Source: Acidimicrobiia bacterium (GTDB taxonomy: Bacteria; Actinomycetota; Acidimicrobiia; Acidimicrobiales; JANYDT01). From it: DNA of 64,000 nt. Position 1 is the first letter of the stretch. Every line of letters begins with the position of its first letter. Below are positions 18,938 to 27,952 of the stretch, in pieces. The stretch lies in contig JANOJN010000016.1 of NCBI GenBank assembly GCA_031418775.1, forward strand, positions 5,771-69,770, read 5' to 3'. A program made the position numbers and the translations under genes. Below the pieces are notes generated by a model. That model ran no database searches. It saw only the letters and a program-made list of their open reading frames with translations, and was not told the origin of the DNA.

Positions 18938-20014
18938 TCAGCCGAGGGTGTTCGTGTTCCCAAGCTCGGCGAACGCCTGCTCCAGTCGGGCCACGAAGCT
19001 CACCTCGGCTGCGCGCAGCCAGACGCGCGGGTCGTAGAACTTCTTGTTGGGCGAATCGGGACCGGTCGGGTTGCCGAGCTGACCCTGCAGGTAGTCGTGC
19101 TTGTCGATGTCGAACTGGCGGATGCCGTCCCACAGGGCCCACTGCAGGTCGGTGTCGATGTTCATCTTGATGACGCCGTAGCTGATGGCTTCGGCGATCT
19201 CTGCCGCCGATGATCCGGAGCCGCCGTGGAACACGAAGTTCACCGGGTTCGGACCGGTCGAGAATTTCTGGGCGATGTAGGCCTGGGCATCGCGCAGGAT
19301 GGTCGGGGTGAGCTTCACGTTGCCCGGCTTGTAGACGCCGTGCACGTTGCCGAAGGCCGCAGCGATGGTGAACCGGTCGCTCACGTTCATCAGGCGTTCG
19401 TAGGCGTAGGCGACCTCCTCGGGCTTCGAATAGAGGTCGGCCTGGTCCTTGTCGGAGTTGTCGACCCCGTCCTCCTCGCCTCCGGTGATGCCGAGCTCGA
19501 TTTCGAGCGTCATGCCCATCTTCGACATGCGCTCGAGGTACTTCACACAGATGTCAAGGTTCTCGGCGATCGGCTCCTCGGAGAGATCGAGCATGTGGGA
19601 GCTGTAGAGCGGCTTCCCGGTGGCCTTGAAGTGCGCTTCGCCGGCGTCGAGCGCGCCGTCGATCCAACCGAGCTTGTCCTTCGCGCAATGGTCGGTGTGA
19701 AGGATGACGCGGGCACCGTAGGCCTCCGCCAGCGTGTGCACCGCCTGGGCGCCGACGATCGATCCGAGCACGGACGCCCGGTCGCCCTTCACGCCGATCC
19801 CTTTGCCGGCCACGAACGCTCCGCCGCCATGCGAGAACTGGATGATGACGGGCGCATTGGCCTTCGCCGCAGTCTCCATCACCGCGTTGACGGTGTTGGA
19901 ACCCGTGCAGTTTGCCGCGGGAAGGGCGAAATGGTTGGCCTTCGCCAACGCAAAGATCTGGGAAACGGCGTCCCCGGTCAGGACGCCGGCAGGGAATTGG
20001 TCTGAGAGGCTCAC
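18938..20014 (-). CDS. fbaA: class II fructose-bisphosphate aldolase
   Basis: 358 aa. VLTGDAVSQIFALAKANHFALPAANCTGSNTVNAVMETAAKANAPVIIQFSHGGG aligns closely with E. coli-type FbaA. GTG start. Confidence 0.95.
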   Translation of the reverse strand: MSLSDQFPAGVLTGDAVSQIFALAKANHFALPAANCTGSNTVNAVMETAAKANAPVIIQFSHGGGAFVAGKGIGVKGDRASVLGSIVGAQAVHTLAEAYGARVILHTDHCAKDKLGWIDGALDAGEAHFKATGKPLYSSHMLDLSEEPIAENLDICVKYLERMSKMGMTLEIELGITGGEEDGVDNSDKDQADLYSKPEEVAYAYERLMNVSDRFTIAAAFGNVHGVYKPGNVKLTPTILRDAQAYIAQKFSTGPNPVNFVFHGGSGSSAAEIAEAISYGVIKMNIDTDLQWALWDGIRQFDIDKHDYLQGQLGNPTGPDSPNKKFYDPRVWLRAAEVSFVARLEQAFAELGNTNTLG

Positions 20015-20031
20015 GCCGCCCAGGCTATGGC

Positions 20032-21490
20032 ATGCCCACCCATCAGCGGCCGAACATCGTCATCTTCATGGCGGACCAACTGCGTGCTGATGCACTCTCC
20101 CCTTTCGCTCCGGGTCGCAAGACGGCACACACCCCCGTGTTCGACGAATTGGCGTCGCGCTCGACGGTGATTCGAGGACGCGTTCGTGCAGCATCCGGTC
20201 TGCGGTCCCTCGCGTGTGTCGATGATGACGGGGTGGTACCCACATGTCCATGGGCATCGGACGTTGACCAACCTGCTCAAACCGTGGCAGCCCAACCTGC
20301 TCCGCCTGGCCAAGGACGCGGGGTACAACGTGTGCTTTGCCGGTCGGCGAGGTGACGTGTTCGCCCCGGGCGTGACTGAGGCATCGACGGACGTCTGCGG
20401 CTGGCTCGTCCGGCCGCGGCACGGCTTCTCCCGCTCGCCGTTCCCCGAGCACAGCCCGCAGTGGCACGCGATGTTCGTGGGTCGCCGCGATCACGACCCC
20501 GCCGACGGACCGGTCCTCGATTTCGACGAAGCATGCATCCGCACGGCCGAGCAGTGGCTCGCTGATTCGCCGGAGGGACCGTGGCTGCTCTTTGTCCCGC
20601 TGATCTTTCCCCATCCGCCTTTCGAGGTGGAAGATCCGTGGTTCTCGCTCCACACGGCGAACGACGTACCCGACCGCATTGCGCCCCAGACGAACAAGCC
20701 CGCGTTCCATGGTGCGCTCCGGGATGTCAAGCACTTCGAGGAACTCGAGCCGGGTCAGTGGGCGGGTATTCAGCGCACGTACTACGGAATGGTGTCGCGG
20801 GTCGATGACCAGCTCGGGCGGGTGTTGCGGGCCGTCGAGCGAACGGGCGCCTCCGAGAACACGGTGACCGTGTTCTGTTCCGACCACGGCGAGTTCGCCG
20901 GTGACTACGACCTGGTGGAGAAGTGGCCGAGCGGTCTCGATCGTTCGCTGACCAGAACCCCCTTGCTGATCCACGACCCGCGCGTTCCCGGTGGCGTCGT
21001 GCAGTCACCGGTCGAGCTGGTTGACATTCTTCCGACGTTGGCCGAGATCGGCGACATGACGGTCGGGCACACTCACTTCGGCCGTTCCCTCGTCGCGCTG
21101 CTCACCGACCCCTCCGACGCTCATCGGTCGTTCGCCGTCACCGAGGGCGGCTTCCGCCCGACCGACGTGGACCTCCTCGAGGAGCCGATTTCCGGTCCGT
21201 ATGAGGCGAAGGCACGCCTGCAACGGGAACGACCGGAACTCGTCGGCCTTGCGGTCGCCCTCCGAACGGCCACCCACACCTACGTACACCGGCAGGAGGA
21301 GTCGGGCGAACTCTACGACCGGGTGACCGACCCCGACGAGATCGTCAACGTGATCGGCGACCCCGCACTCGCGGAGACTCGTCAATCGCTGGAACGGACC
21401 CTGACCCGCTGGCTGGTCGAGACAACTGACGTCATCAACTGGGACCTCGACCCGCGGTTTCCCTCCGTGCCCGATGGCTACCGGACCTGA
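20032..21490 (+). pseudogene. sulfatase (formylglycine-dependent arylsulfatase family) interrupted by a 1-nt frameshift near 20170
   Basis: Frame 1 from ATG 20032 reads MPTHQRPNIVIFMADQLRADAL...FDELASRSTV. Frame 2 from 20171 reads FEDAFVQHPVCGPSRVSMMTGWYPHVHGHRT (CxPxR motif) and continues to 21490. The total length is not a multiple of 3. Confidence 0.7.
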
Positions 21491-21622
21491 GCGGGTCCGT
21501 CGCCTTTGCGCCGGCGAGGAGCAACCTGTGGGAAGGACCGACTCCTGCACCGGACCGTGCCGCCGAGCGGCCATCATGGGCCGGGTGCTCCGGAGAGAGC
21601 GCCTCCGTCGAAAAGGACCGTC

Positions 21623-23260
21623 ATGACCACGCCGCCCGTCCCCATGCCCACCGTGATCGGCTCGCCCGCGTGGGAAGAGGTCGGCGCACATGCTGATCGG
21701 CTGCGCAATACCCATCTCCGGGATCTGTTCGCCGCCGATCCGCAACGCGGGGACAGCCACACGGCGTCGGGTGCGGATCTCTTTGTCGACTACAGCAAGC
21801 ACCTCGTCGACGCGGCCGCGTTGTCGGCGCTTCTGACCCTGACCGATGCCGCCGGGCTGCGAGAGCAGATCGATGCGATGTTCGCCGGGCGACGCATCAA
21901 CATCACGGAGGATCGAGCGGTGCTGCACACGGCGTTGCGGGCACCCCGTGGATCGTCGGTCGTGCTCGAAGGTGTCGACGTCGTGGCCGACGTGCACGAG
22001 GTACTCGACCAGATGGCGGCGTTCTCCGACCGGGTCCGCCACGGACGCTGGCTCGGGGCGACCGGTCTGCGCATCGCCACGATCGTGAACATCGGCATCG
22101 GCGGCTCCGACCTCGGTCCGGCCATGGCCTACGACGCACTGGCCGCGTTCCGCCAACACGACCTCGCCTGCCGATTCGTCTCCAACGTCGACGGTGCCGA
22201 CCTGTGGGGGGCGGTGCGCGATCTCGATCCGGCCACGACTCTGTTCGTCATCAGCTCCAAGACGTTCACCACGGTCGAGACGCTCACCAACGCCCGGTCG
22301 GCGCGGGCGTGGCTGGTCGACGCGCTCGGTGAGGATGCAGTGGTGAAACACTTCGTCGCCGTCTCGACCAATACCACGAAGGTGGCCGAGTTCGGTATCG
22401 ACACTGCGAACATGTTCCGGTTCTGGGACTGGGTCGGCGGTCGGTACTCGTTCGACTCCGCCATCGGGCTGTCGCTGATGATCGCCCTTGGGCCCGACAA
22501 CTTCCGGTCGATGCTCGCCGGCTTCCATGCGATGGACGAGCACTTTCGTACCGCGCCGTTCGACCGGAACCTCCCCGTCCTTCTCGGTCTTCTCGGAGTC
22601 TGGTACGGGAACTTCCTCGGCACCCAGACACACGCAGTGCTTCCGTACAGTCACGAGCTGGGGAAGTTCGCGGCCTACCTGCAGCAGCTCGACATGGAGA
22701 GCAACGGGAAATCGGTGGACCGCAATGGCGTGCCCGTCGCCGCGCAGACCGGTCCCGTGGTTTGGGGCACCCCCGGAACCAATGGTCAGCACGCGTACTA
22801 TCAGCTGATCCACCAGGGAACGATCCGCATTCCGTGTGACTTCATCGGTTTCGCCCGTCCGAATCACGGACTCGACGTCCACCACGATCTGCTCATGGCG
22901 AACTTCTTCGCCCAGACCGAAGCGTTGGCCTTCGGGAAGACCTCGGACGAAGTGCGGGCCGAAGGGGTCGCCGAGCATCTCGTGCCGCACAAGACCTTCG
23001 CCGGAAACCATCCGTCGACCACGATCATGGCGCCTCAACTGACACCCGAGGTGCTCGGCCAGTTGGTTGCTCTCTATGAGCACAAGGTGTTCACGCAGGG
23101 AGTGATCTGGAACGTGAATTCGTTCGACCAGTGGGGCGTGGAGCTCGGCAAGGTGCTGGCCACCCGTATCGCCGCCGAGCTCGAAGCGGCCGACGACGCC
23201 GCCCTGGGTCACGACTCGTCGACGAACGCCCTCCTCCGCCGCTACCGATCGATGCGTTAG
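21623..23260 (+). CDS. pgi: glucose-6-phosphate isomerase
   Basis: 545 codons from internal ATG 21623. Motifs: [21 protein letters not shown](V)[33 protein letters not shown]. Confidence 0.95.
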   Translation: MTTPPVPMPTVIGSPAWEEVGAHADRLRNTHLRDLFAADPQRGDSHTASGADLFVDYSKHLVDAAALSALLTLTDAAGLREQIDAMFAGRRINITEDRAVLHTALRAPRGSSVVLEGVDVVADVHEVLDQMAAFSDRVRHGRWLGATGLRIATIVNIGIGGSDLGPAMAYDALAAFRQHDLACRFVSNVDGADLWGAVRDLDPATTLFVISSKTFTTVETLTNARSARAWLVDALGEDAVVKHFVAVSTNTTKVAEFGIDTANMFRFWDWVGGRYSFDSAIGLSLMIALGPDNFRSMLAGFHAMDEHFRTAPFDRNLPVLLGLLGVWYGNFLGTQTHAVLPYSHELGKFAAYLQQLDMESNGKSVDRNGVPVAAQTGPVVWGTPGTNGQHAYYQLIHQGTIRIPCDFIGFARPNHGLDVHHDLLMANFFAQTEALAFGKTSDEVRAEGVAEHLVPHKTFAGNHPSTTIMAPQLTPEVLGQLVALYEHKVFTQGVIWNVNSFDQWGVELGKVLATRIAAELEAADDAALGHDSSTNALLRRYRSMR

Positions 23261-23340
23261 CCCGACACCGGGGAAGTGCGCGGGGCGTACTACCGACGAA
23301 AGGCCCTATCAGCCGGGCGTCACTCGGCTCAGACTGGCCG

Positions 23341-23841
23341 ATGATGGGCATCGCGAACTCCTTCGTTTCAGCGGTCTTGAAATCTCCGCTGCATCGGGTC
23401 CTGTCGGGATCGACCGGTGTCGTCCGTTACGCCGGTCGAGTGACGAACCGTACGGTCACGACGCCCGTGCAGTACGCAAGGCATGGAGACGGGTTGGTCA
23501 TCCTCGTCGCCAATCCCGAGGCCAAGAAGTGGTGGCGGAACTTTCGCGCCCCGCACGCCATCGATGTGCTCGTGGAGGGGGAGTGGCTCCCGATGATCGG
23601 CCGGGTCGTCGACGGACGAGTCCTGCCCGAACAAACTGTCGCTCCCATGGAGGCCTATCTGCAACGATTCCCGAAGTTGGCGCGACGATTCCCGGGTGGA
23701 ACGCCTCTCGAGCGGGTCGAACACGCGCTCCTCGTTACGTGCGAACCGCGGCTCGCCCACCTCGCGTCCGCTCATGGAGTGCATCTTCCTCACCTGCACC
23801 TTCCTCACCTGGTGGCGAGTCCGGAGCCGGATCCGTTCTGA
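23341..23841 (+). CDS. nitroreductase/quinone-reductase (PF04075-like, putative F420H2-dependent) family protein
   Basis: From the internal ATG: SPLHRVLSGSTGVVRYAGRVTNRTVTTPVQYARHGDGLVILVANPEAKKWWRNF resembles the deazaflavin-dependent reductase family. The upstream part of the ORF overlaps the pgi 3' end and is Arg-rich junk. Confidence 0.6.
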   Translation: MMGIANSFVSAVLKSPLHRVLSGSTGVVRYAGRVTNRTVTTPVQYARHGDGLVILVANPEAKKWWRNFRAPHAIDVLVEGEWLPMIGRVVDGRVLPEQTVAPMEAYLQRFPKLARRFPGGTPLERVEHALLVTCEPRLAHLASAHGVHLPHLHLPHLVASPEPDPF

Positions 23842-23870
23842 GCTGTGCCGGTCCGGGCGGATCCGGCCGG

Positions 23871-24644
23871 TCAACGAACGAAGACCGGGCGCTCGGGCGA
23901 TGAACGGACGGGGTCGAAGGCGTAGCCGGCTTCGGCGAAGTTCACGATTTCGTCCGCGGAAGTAATACGTTCGCGTATCAACCAGCCGGACATGATGCCG
24001 CGTGCCTTCTTGGCGAAGAAGCTGATGATCTTCGGGTCCCCGCCGTCCTTACGATCCAGGAACACCGGGGCCACGATTGGCGCGTCGAGCTTCGTCGGAC
24101 GGACCGAACCGAAGTACTCCTGCGACGCCAGGTTGACGAGCACTCGCTCGCCCGGGCTCTTCTTGATCGCATCGCGAAGGGCGAGAGTGATCTCGTCACC
24201 CCAGAAGTCGTAGAGGTCACGGCCCTTCGCCGTCGCGACCTTGGTTCCCATCTCGAGGCGGTACGGCATCATGAGGTCGAGCGGGCGGAGGACGCCGTAG
24301 AGCCCCGAGAGAATTCGGAACGTCTTCTGCGCGTGGGTGAAATCGTCCTCGGTGAACGTCGCTCGGGCGGCCAAGCCGTCGTACACGTCGCCGTTGAACG
24401 CGAGGAGGGCCTGCCGAGAGTTCCGTTTGGTGAACGGCACCTCGAAGTCGCGGTACCGATCTACGTTCAACTGGGCCAGTGATGGGGAGATCGACATGAG
24501 CCGGGCAACGTCGGCGGGGCTCTTCGTCCGCATCACCTCGATGAGTTCCTTCGACCGCTCCAGCATCCGTGGCCGGGTGGCCCTAGTGGTCGCGAGGGAC
24601 GATTCGTAGTCGAGTGACTTGGCGGGCGAGACGACGATCAGCAC
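23871..24644 (-). CDS. yaaA: peroxide stress protein YaaA (UPF0246/DUF328)
   Basis: GTG 24644 then LIVVSPAKSLDYES...LLAFNGDVYDGL...LRILSGLYGVLRPLD..YRLEMG. 257 aa, matching YaaA length. The 415-aa ORF upstream of this point is junk. Confidence 0.9.
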   Translation of the reverse strand: MLIVVSPAKSLDYESSLATTRATRPRMLERSKELIEVMRTKSPADVARLMSISPSLAQLNVDRYRDFEVPFTKRNSRQALLAFNGDVYDGLAARATFTEDDFTHAQKTFRILSGLYGVLRPLDLMMPYRLEMGTKVATAKGRDLYDFWGDEITLALRDAIKKSPGERVLVNLASQEYFGSVRPTKLDAPIVAPVFLDRKDGGDPKIISFFAKKARGIMSGWLIRERITSADEIVNFAEAGYAFDPVRSSPERPVFVR

Positions 24645-24697
24645 CCGTCCATTCAAGCGCCGCCGGACGCACTCTGTGGCGTCGACCGGCGGTCGAG

Positions 24698-24958
24698 TCA
24701 GATCCCGGACGTGTCGACGTTTCCGTAGGTGCGGAAAGCGATGGACGTGCGGGTCTCCCGCACCCCGGGAAGGCGGCAGATCCGCTCGGTCACGATCGTG
24801 GCAACGTCTTCGTGGCTGCGGACCCACAAGATCGCCAGAAGGTCGTGGTCGCCGGTGGTGGAATGCACCTCTCGGACCCCCTCGAGGTCGGCGATCGCCG
24901 CGCCCAGCGTGGCGATGTCGGCCGGAGCGGCAGAAATGGAGACGAACGCGGTGATCAT
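24698..24958 (-). CDS. Lrp/AsnC ligand-binding (RAM) domain protein without HTH
   Basis: 86 aa from the internal ATG: MITAFVSISAAPADIATLGAAIADLEGVREVHSTTGDHDLLAILWVRSHEDVATIVTERICRLPGVRETRTSIAF is an AsnC_trans_reg-like domain only. Confidence 0.8.
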   Translation of the reverse strand: MITAFVSISAAPADIATLGAAIADLEGVREVHSTTGDHDLLAILWVRSHEDVATIVTERICRLPGVRETRTSIAFRTYGNVDTSGI

Positions 24959-25032
24959 GGTTGCGAGTCTTGCCGACGCGGCTGTGTGGCGTCGTCTGGC
25001 ACGAGTGGTGCTCGGAGGTCCAGACTGGCCCC

Positions 25033-25521
25033 ATGGCATTCGAACTGACTGACGAGATGCGTGCAGCGATCGGCGTGGAGAGTGCGCCGTGGCCGGTGGA
25101 GTTCACCTCGACGGGCATCCGGGGATTCGCCCGTGGCGTCGGCTACACCGATCCGGTGTACTACGACGTGGCTGCCGCGCAGGCGGCCGGGTACGCCAAC
25201 CTCCCGGCGCCCCCAACGTACGGCGGGATCCCGGTCTTCATCCCGGGGAAGACCGACGACCGCTACGGCGGACCTTCCAACACTGGCCAGCCGCCCCTTC
25301 GGCACGGACTGAAGAACGTCCTCGACGGCGGGACCGAGCACCACTACGTCCGGGTCCCCGTCGCCGGGGAAACACTCAGCTTCACCTCCAAGGTCGCCAA
25401 CCTGGAAGTGAAGGAGTCCCGGGCGCTCGGCACGATGCTCGTCATCACGAGTGAGTCGACCTACCTCGACAGCGCGGGGGACATCGTGTTCACCACCCGC
25501 GGCCAAGGCATCTTCTACTAA
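25033..25521 (+). CDS. MaoC-family dehydratase N-terminal-domain protein (HadA-like hot-dog subunit)
   Basis: 162 aa from the internal ATG. FTSTGIRGFARGVGYTDPVYYD...AAGYANLPAPPTY is typical of the non-catalytic hot-dog partner. It is followed 20 nt later by the MaoC-like subunit. Confidence 0.8.
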   Translation: MAFELTDEMRAAIGVESAPWPVEFTSTGIRGFARGVGYTDPVYYDVAAAQAAGYANLPAPPTYGGIPVFIPGKTDDRYGGPSNTGQPPLRHGLKNVLDGGTEHHYVRVPVAGETLSFTSKVANLEVKESRALGTMLVITSESTYLDSAGDIVFTTRGQGIFY

Positions 25522-25541
25522 GCACGACGGGACAGAGAACA

Positions 25542-25952
25542 GTGGCTCTTTCGTTTGACTCCATCACCATCGGCGACGCATTGCCGACTATCGAGAAGAC
25601 CCCCGGTCGCGAGCAACTCGTGAAGTACGCCGCTGGCTCGGGCGACTTCAATCCGCTCCACTACGACGCCGACTTCCCGCAGGCCAAGGTCATCGGCGAC
25701 AACATCGTGCACGGACGGATGAAGTACGCCTCACTCGGTCAGTGTGTGTCCGACTGGGTCGGGCATGCGGGCACCGTGCAGTCGATTTCGTGTCAGTACC
25801 GCGGCATGGATCTCCAGGGCAAGACCTTCAAAGTGGGTGGCACCGTCACCGCCAAGGACGATGCGGCGCGAACCGTCGAGGTCGAACTCTGGACCAAGGA
25901 CGCCAGCGGCGCCACCACCACGCCGGGCAAGGCAACGGTCCTCTTCCGCTAG
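25542..25952 (+). CDS. MaoC-like (R)-specific hydratase/dehydratase (HadB-like hot-dog subunit)
   Basis: YAAGSGDFNPLHYDADFPQAKVIGDNIVHGRMKYA carries the hydratase-2 motif (D-x-N-P-L-H). Confidence 0.85.
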   Translation: MALSFDSITIGDALPTIEKTPGREQLVKYAAGSGDFNPLHYDADFPQAKVIGDNIVHGRMKYASLGQCVSDWVGHAGTVQSISCQYRGMDLQGKTFKVGGTVTAKDDAARTVEVELWTKDASGATTTPGKATVLFR

Positions 25953-26317
25953 CTTTCGGGCGCCTCGGCTGGGAACTGCGCGGCGAGGGCCGTCTGGATT
26001 TCGATGTGGCGGAGGAGGAAGGCGCGCTCGTCCAGCCGTTTGCGCCGCAGCCAGCCGGTGACCTCGTCGTTGCACTTGCTGGCGTTGCAGGAGCGACAGG
26101 CCGGAGCAATGTTGTCGAGCGTGTACCGGCCGCCGCGGGAAAGGGCCTGCACACAGTCCTTTTGCAGCGGTGTGTCGGTTTCTCCGCAGTAGGCACAGCC
26201 GCCCCAAGCCGCCTGCAATGCCGTCCACTGCTGGCCGGTGAGGTCGTGGGCGACGGCGTCCATCCGCTTCTTGCGCTTGCGGGTCGCCCGGGCCTTCCGA
26301 GTGCGGCTGACGGCCAT
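25949..26317 (-). CDS. small HNH endonuclease
   Basis: 122 aa. A basic N-terminus is followed by CAYCGE...DCVQALSRGGRYTLDNIAPACRSCNASK (Cys4 plus HNH-type core). The 3' ends overlap convergently with the hot-dog gene by 4 nt. Confidence 0.8.
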   Translation of the reverse strand: MAVSRTRKARATRKRKKRMDAVAHDLTGQQWTALQAAWGGCAYCGETDTPLQKDCVQALSRGGRYTLDNIAPACRSCNASKCNDEVTGWLRRKRLDERAFLLRHIEIQTALAAQFPAEAPES

Positions 26318-26394
26318 GACCCGACCCTACGCCGACGACCTCGGAGGGGTTCCGTGACGCACGGCACACGCCTGTTTCCAGTGTGCTACGTTGC

Positions 26395-26408
26395 CGAAAG
26401 CGTTTGCA
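26395..26408. promoter_or_regulatory. candidate LacI-family operator (CGAAAGCGTTTGCA)
   Basis: Matches TGNAANCGNTTNCA at all specified positions but the first. It lies 42 nt upstream of the SBP start, flanked by an AGTGTGCT direct repeat (26380-26387, 26410-26417). It shares AGCGTTTGC with 4116-4124, upstream of the other SBP gene. Confidence 0.3.
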
Positions 26409-26449
26409 GAGTGTGCTTTCGCGACTCGGAATGACCAAGGGGAGACTCA

Positions 26450-27790
26450 ATGAAACTGTCTAAGTCGGTAGCCGCCGTCGCGGCACTCGCCGTGCTCGCT
26501 GCGCCAATCGCAGCGGGTGCCGCCACGAAGAAAGCTGCCGGACCGAAGTCCATCGCCGGCGGCAAGATTCTCTGCAAGAACCAGTACAAGGGGAAGACGG
26601 TCACCCAGCTGACACCGAAGCGCAACAGCGCTACTGATCAGGTCCTGGTCGACTACACCAACGCCTACTCGGCATTCGAGAAGTGCACGGGCGCCAAGGT
26701 GAAGATGGAAGGCACCGACCAGTTCGAGGCCCAGGTGAAGGTCCGCGTCGAGGGTGGCAACGCCCCCGACATCATCGACTTCCCGCAACCGGGACTCCTC
26801 GCCTCGCTCGCCGCGAAGGGCAAGCTCACGCCGCTCACCGGCAACACGCTGAAGTCGGCCCAGAACGACTTCATCGGCGGCTGGCTCGAATACGGCACCG
26901 TGGCCGGCAAGGTCTATGGCATCCCGCAGGAAGTCAACATCAAGTCCCTCATCTGGTACAGCCCGAAAGCGTTCGCCGCCAAGGGGTACAAGATCCCGAA
27001 CACGCTCGATGAGCTCAAGACGCTCTCCGACAAGATCGTCACCGACGGCGGCACGCCGTGGTGCGTCGGCATCGAGTCCGGCGTCGCCACCGGATGGGTG
27101 CTCACCGACTGGATGGAAGACTTCATGCTCCGCCTCAACGGCGAGAAGGTCTACGACCAGTGGGTCAACCACACGTTGGCCTTCAACGACCCGAAGGTGA
27201 AGGCGGTAATGGATGCTGTCGGCGCCTACGTCAAGAACCCGAAGTACATCGGTAGCGAGTCGGCCGTGAAGAACATCGCCACGACCAAGTTCCAGGAGGG
27301 CGGCTTCCCGATCGTCCAGGGTAAGTGCTACATGCACCGCCAGGCATCGTTCTACAAGGACCTTTGGCCGGCAGGCACCAAAGTCGGCGACGACGGAGAC
27401 ATCTCGTCGTTCTACCTGCCGAGCCCGGCCGGCGGCCCGAAGTACATGCTCGGTGCCGGCGACATCTTGGCGGCAGGCAACAACAAGCCCGTCACCATGG
27501 ATGCCCTTCTGTTCAGCACGTCGCTTGACTATGCCAACGCCATCCTCGTGACCCGCAAGTCGAACCTGTTCCCCCGTAAGGACATCGACGTGGCGAAGTA
27601 CACCGACCCGGTCGGCGCGAAGTTTGCCGCGCTACTCAAGGGAGCCGATGTGTTCCGCTTCGACGCTTCCGACCTGATGCCGGGTGCCGTCGGCGCCGGC
27701 ACGTTCTGGACGGAGATCACGAAGTGGGTCACCGGTCAGTCCACCGACGACACCGTGAACAACATCGAGAAGAGCTGGCCCAAGGCCTGA
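26450..27790 (+). CDS. sugar ABC transporter substrate-binding protein
   Basis: Signal peptide MKLSKSVAAVAALAVLAAPIAAGAATKK, a 446-aa family-1 SBP-like body and a GGGGAG RBS. Confidence 0.9.
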   Translation: MKLSKSVAAVAALAVLAAPIAAGAATKKAAGPKSIAGGKILCKNQYKGKTVTQLTPKRNSATDQVLVDYTNAYSAFEKCTGAKVKMEGTDQFEAQVKVRVEGGNAPDIIDFPQPGLLASLAAKGKLTPLTGNTLKSAQNDFIGGWLEYGTVAGKVYGIPQEVNIKSLIWYSPKAFAAKGYKIPNTLDELKTLSDKIVTDGGTPWCVGIESGVATGWVLTDWMEDFMLRLNGEKVYDQWVNHTLAFNDPKVKAVMDAVGAYVKNPKYIGSESAVKNIATTKFQEGGFPIVQGKCYMHRQASFYKDLWPAGTKVGDDGDISSFYLPSPAGGPKYMLGAGDILAAGNNKPVTMDALLFSTSLDYANAILVTRKSNLFPRKDIDVAKYTDPVGAKFAALLKGADVFRFDASDLMPGAVGAGTFWTEITKWVTGQSTDDTVNNIEKSWPKA

Positions 27791-27830
27791 TCGGCTCCGG
27801 TCGGTAACGACAAGAGCTTCACGTTCTGAC

Positions 27831-27860
27831 AGTGCCCGTGCGCGTTCGCGCACGGGCACT
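27831..27860 (+). terminator. intercistronic GC-rich stem-loop (attenuator or mRNA stabiliser) between the SBP and permease genes
   Basis: AGTGCCCGTGCGCG-TT-CGCGCACGGGCACT forms perfect 14-nt arms, 41 nt after the SBP stop. There is no clear U-tract. Confidence 0.5.
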
Positions 27861-27952
27861 TCGTCTGCGGTCTGCGGTCGTCATTCTCCATACGGACTGT
27901 GATTGACTTCCGCTCGTCGGCAAACCTGCGAGAGGGATAGCGAACAGCGAAC

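Noticed and set aside
21005-23212. 735-aa minus-strand ORF
   Set aside because: It is antisense to the sulfatase 3' end and to pgi. It shows no recognisable motifs and has Arg/Gly/Pro/His-rich composition. It is a shadow ORF.
24645-25118. N-terminal 158 codons of the 415-aa ORF containing yaaA
   Set aside because: It is Arg/Pro/His-rich, overlaps the Lrp-domain gene in another frame, and YaaA homologues are about 258 aa. GTG 24644 gives the canonical MLIVVSPAK start.
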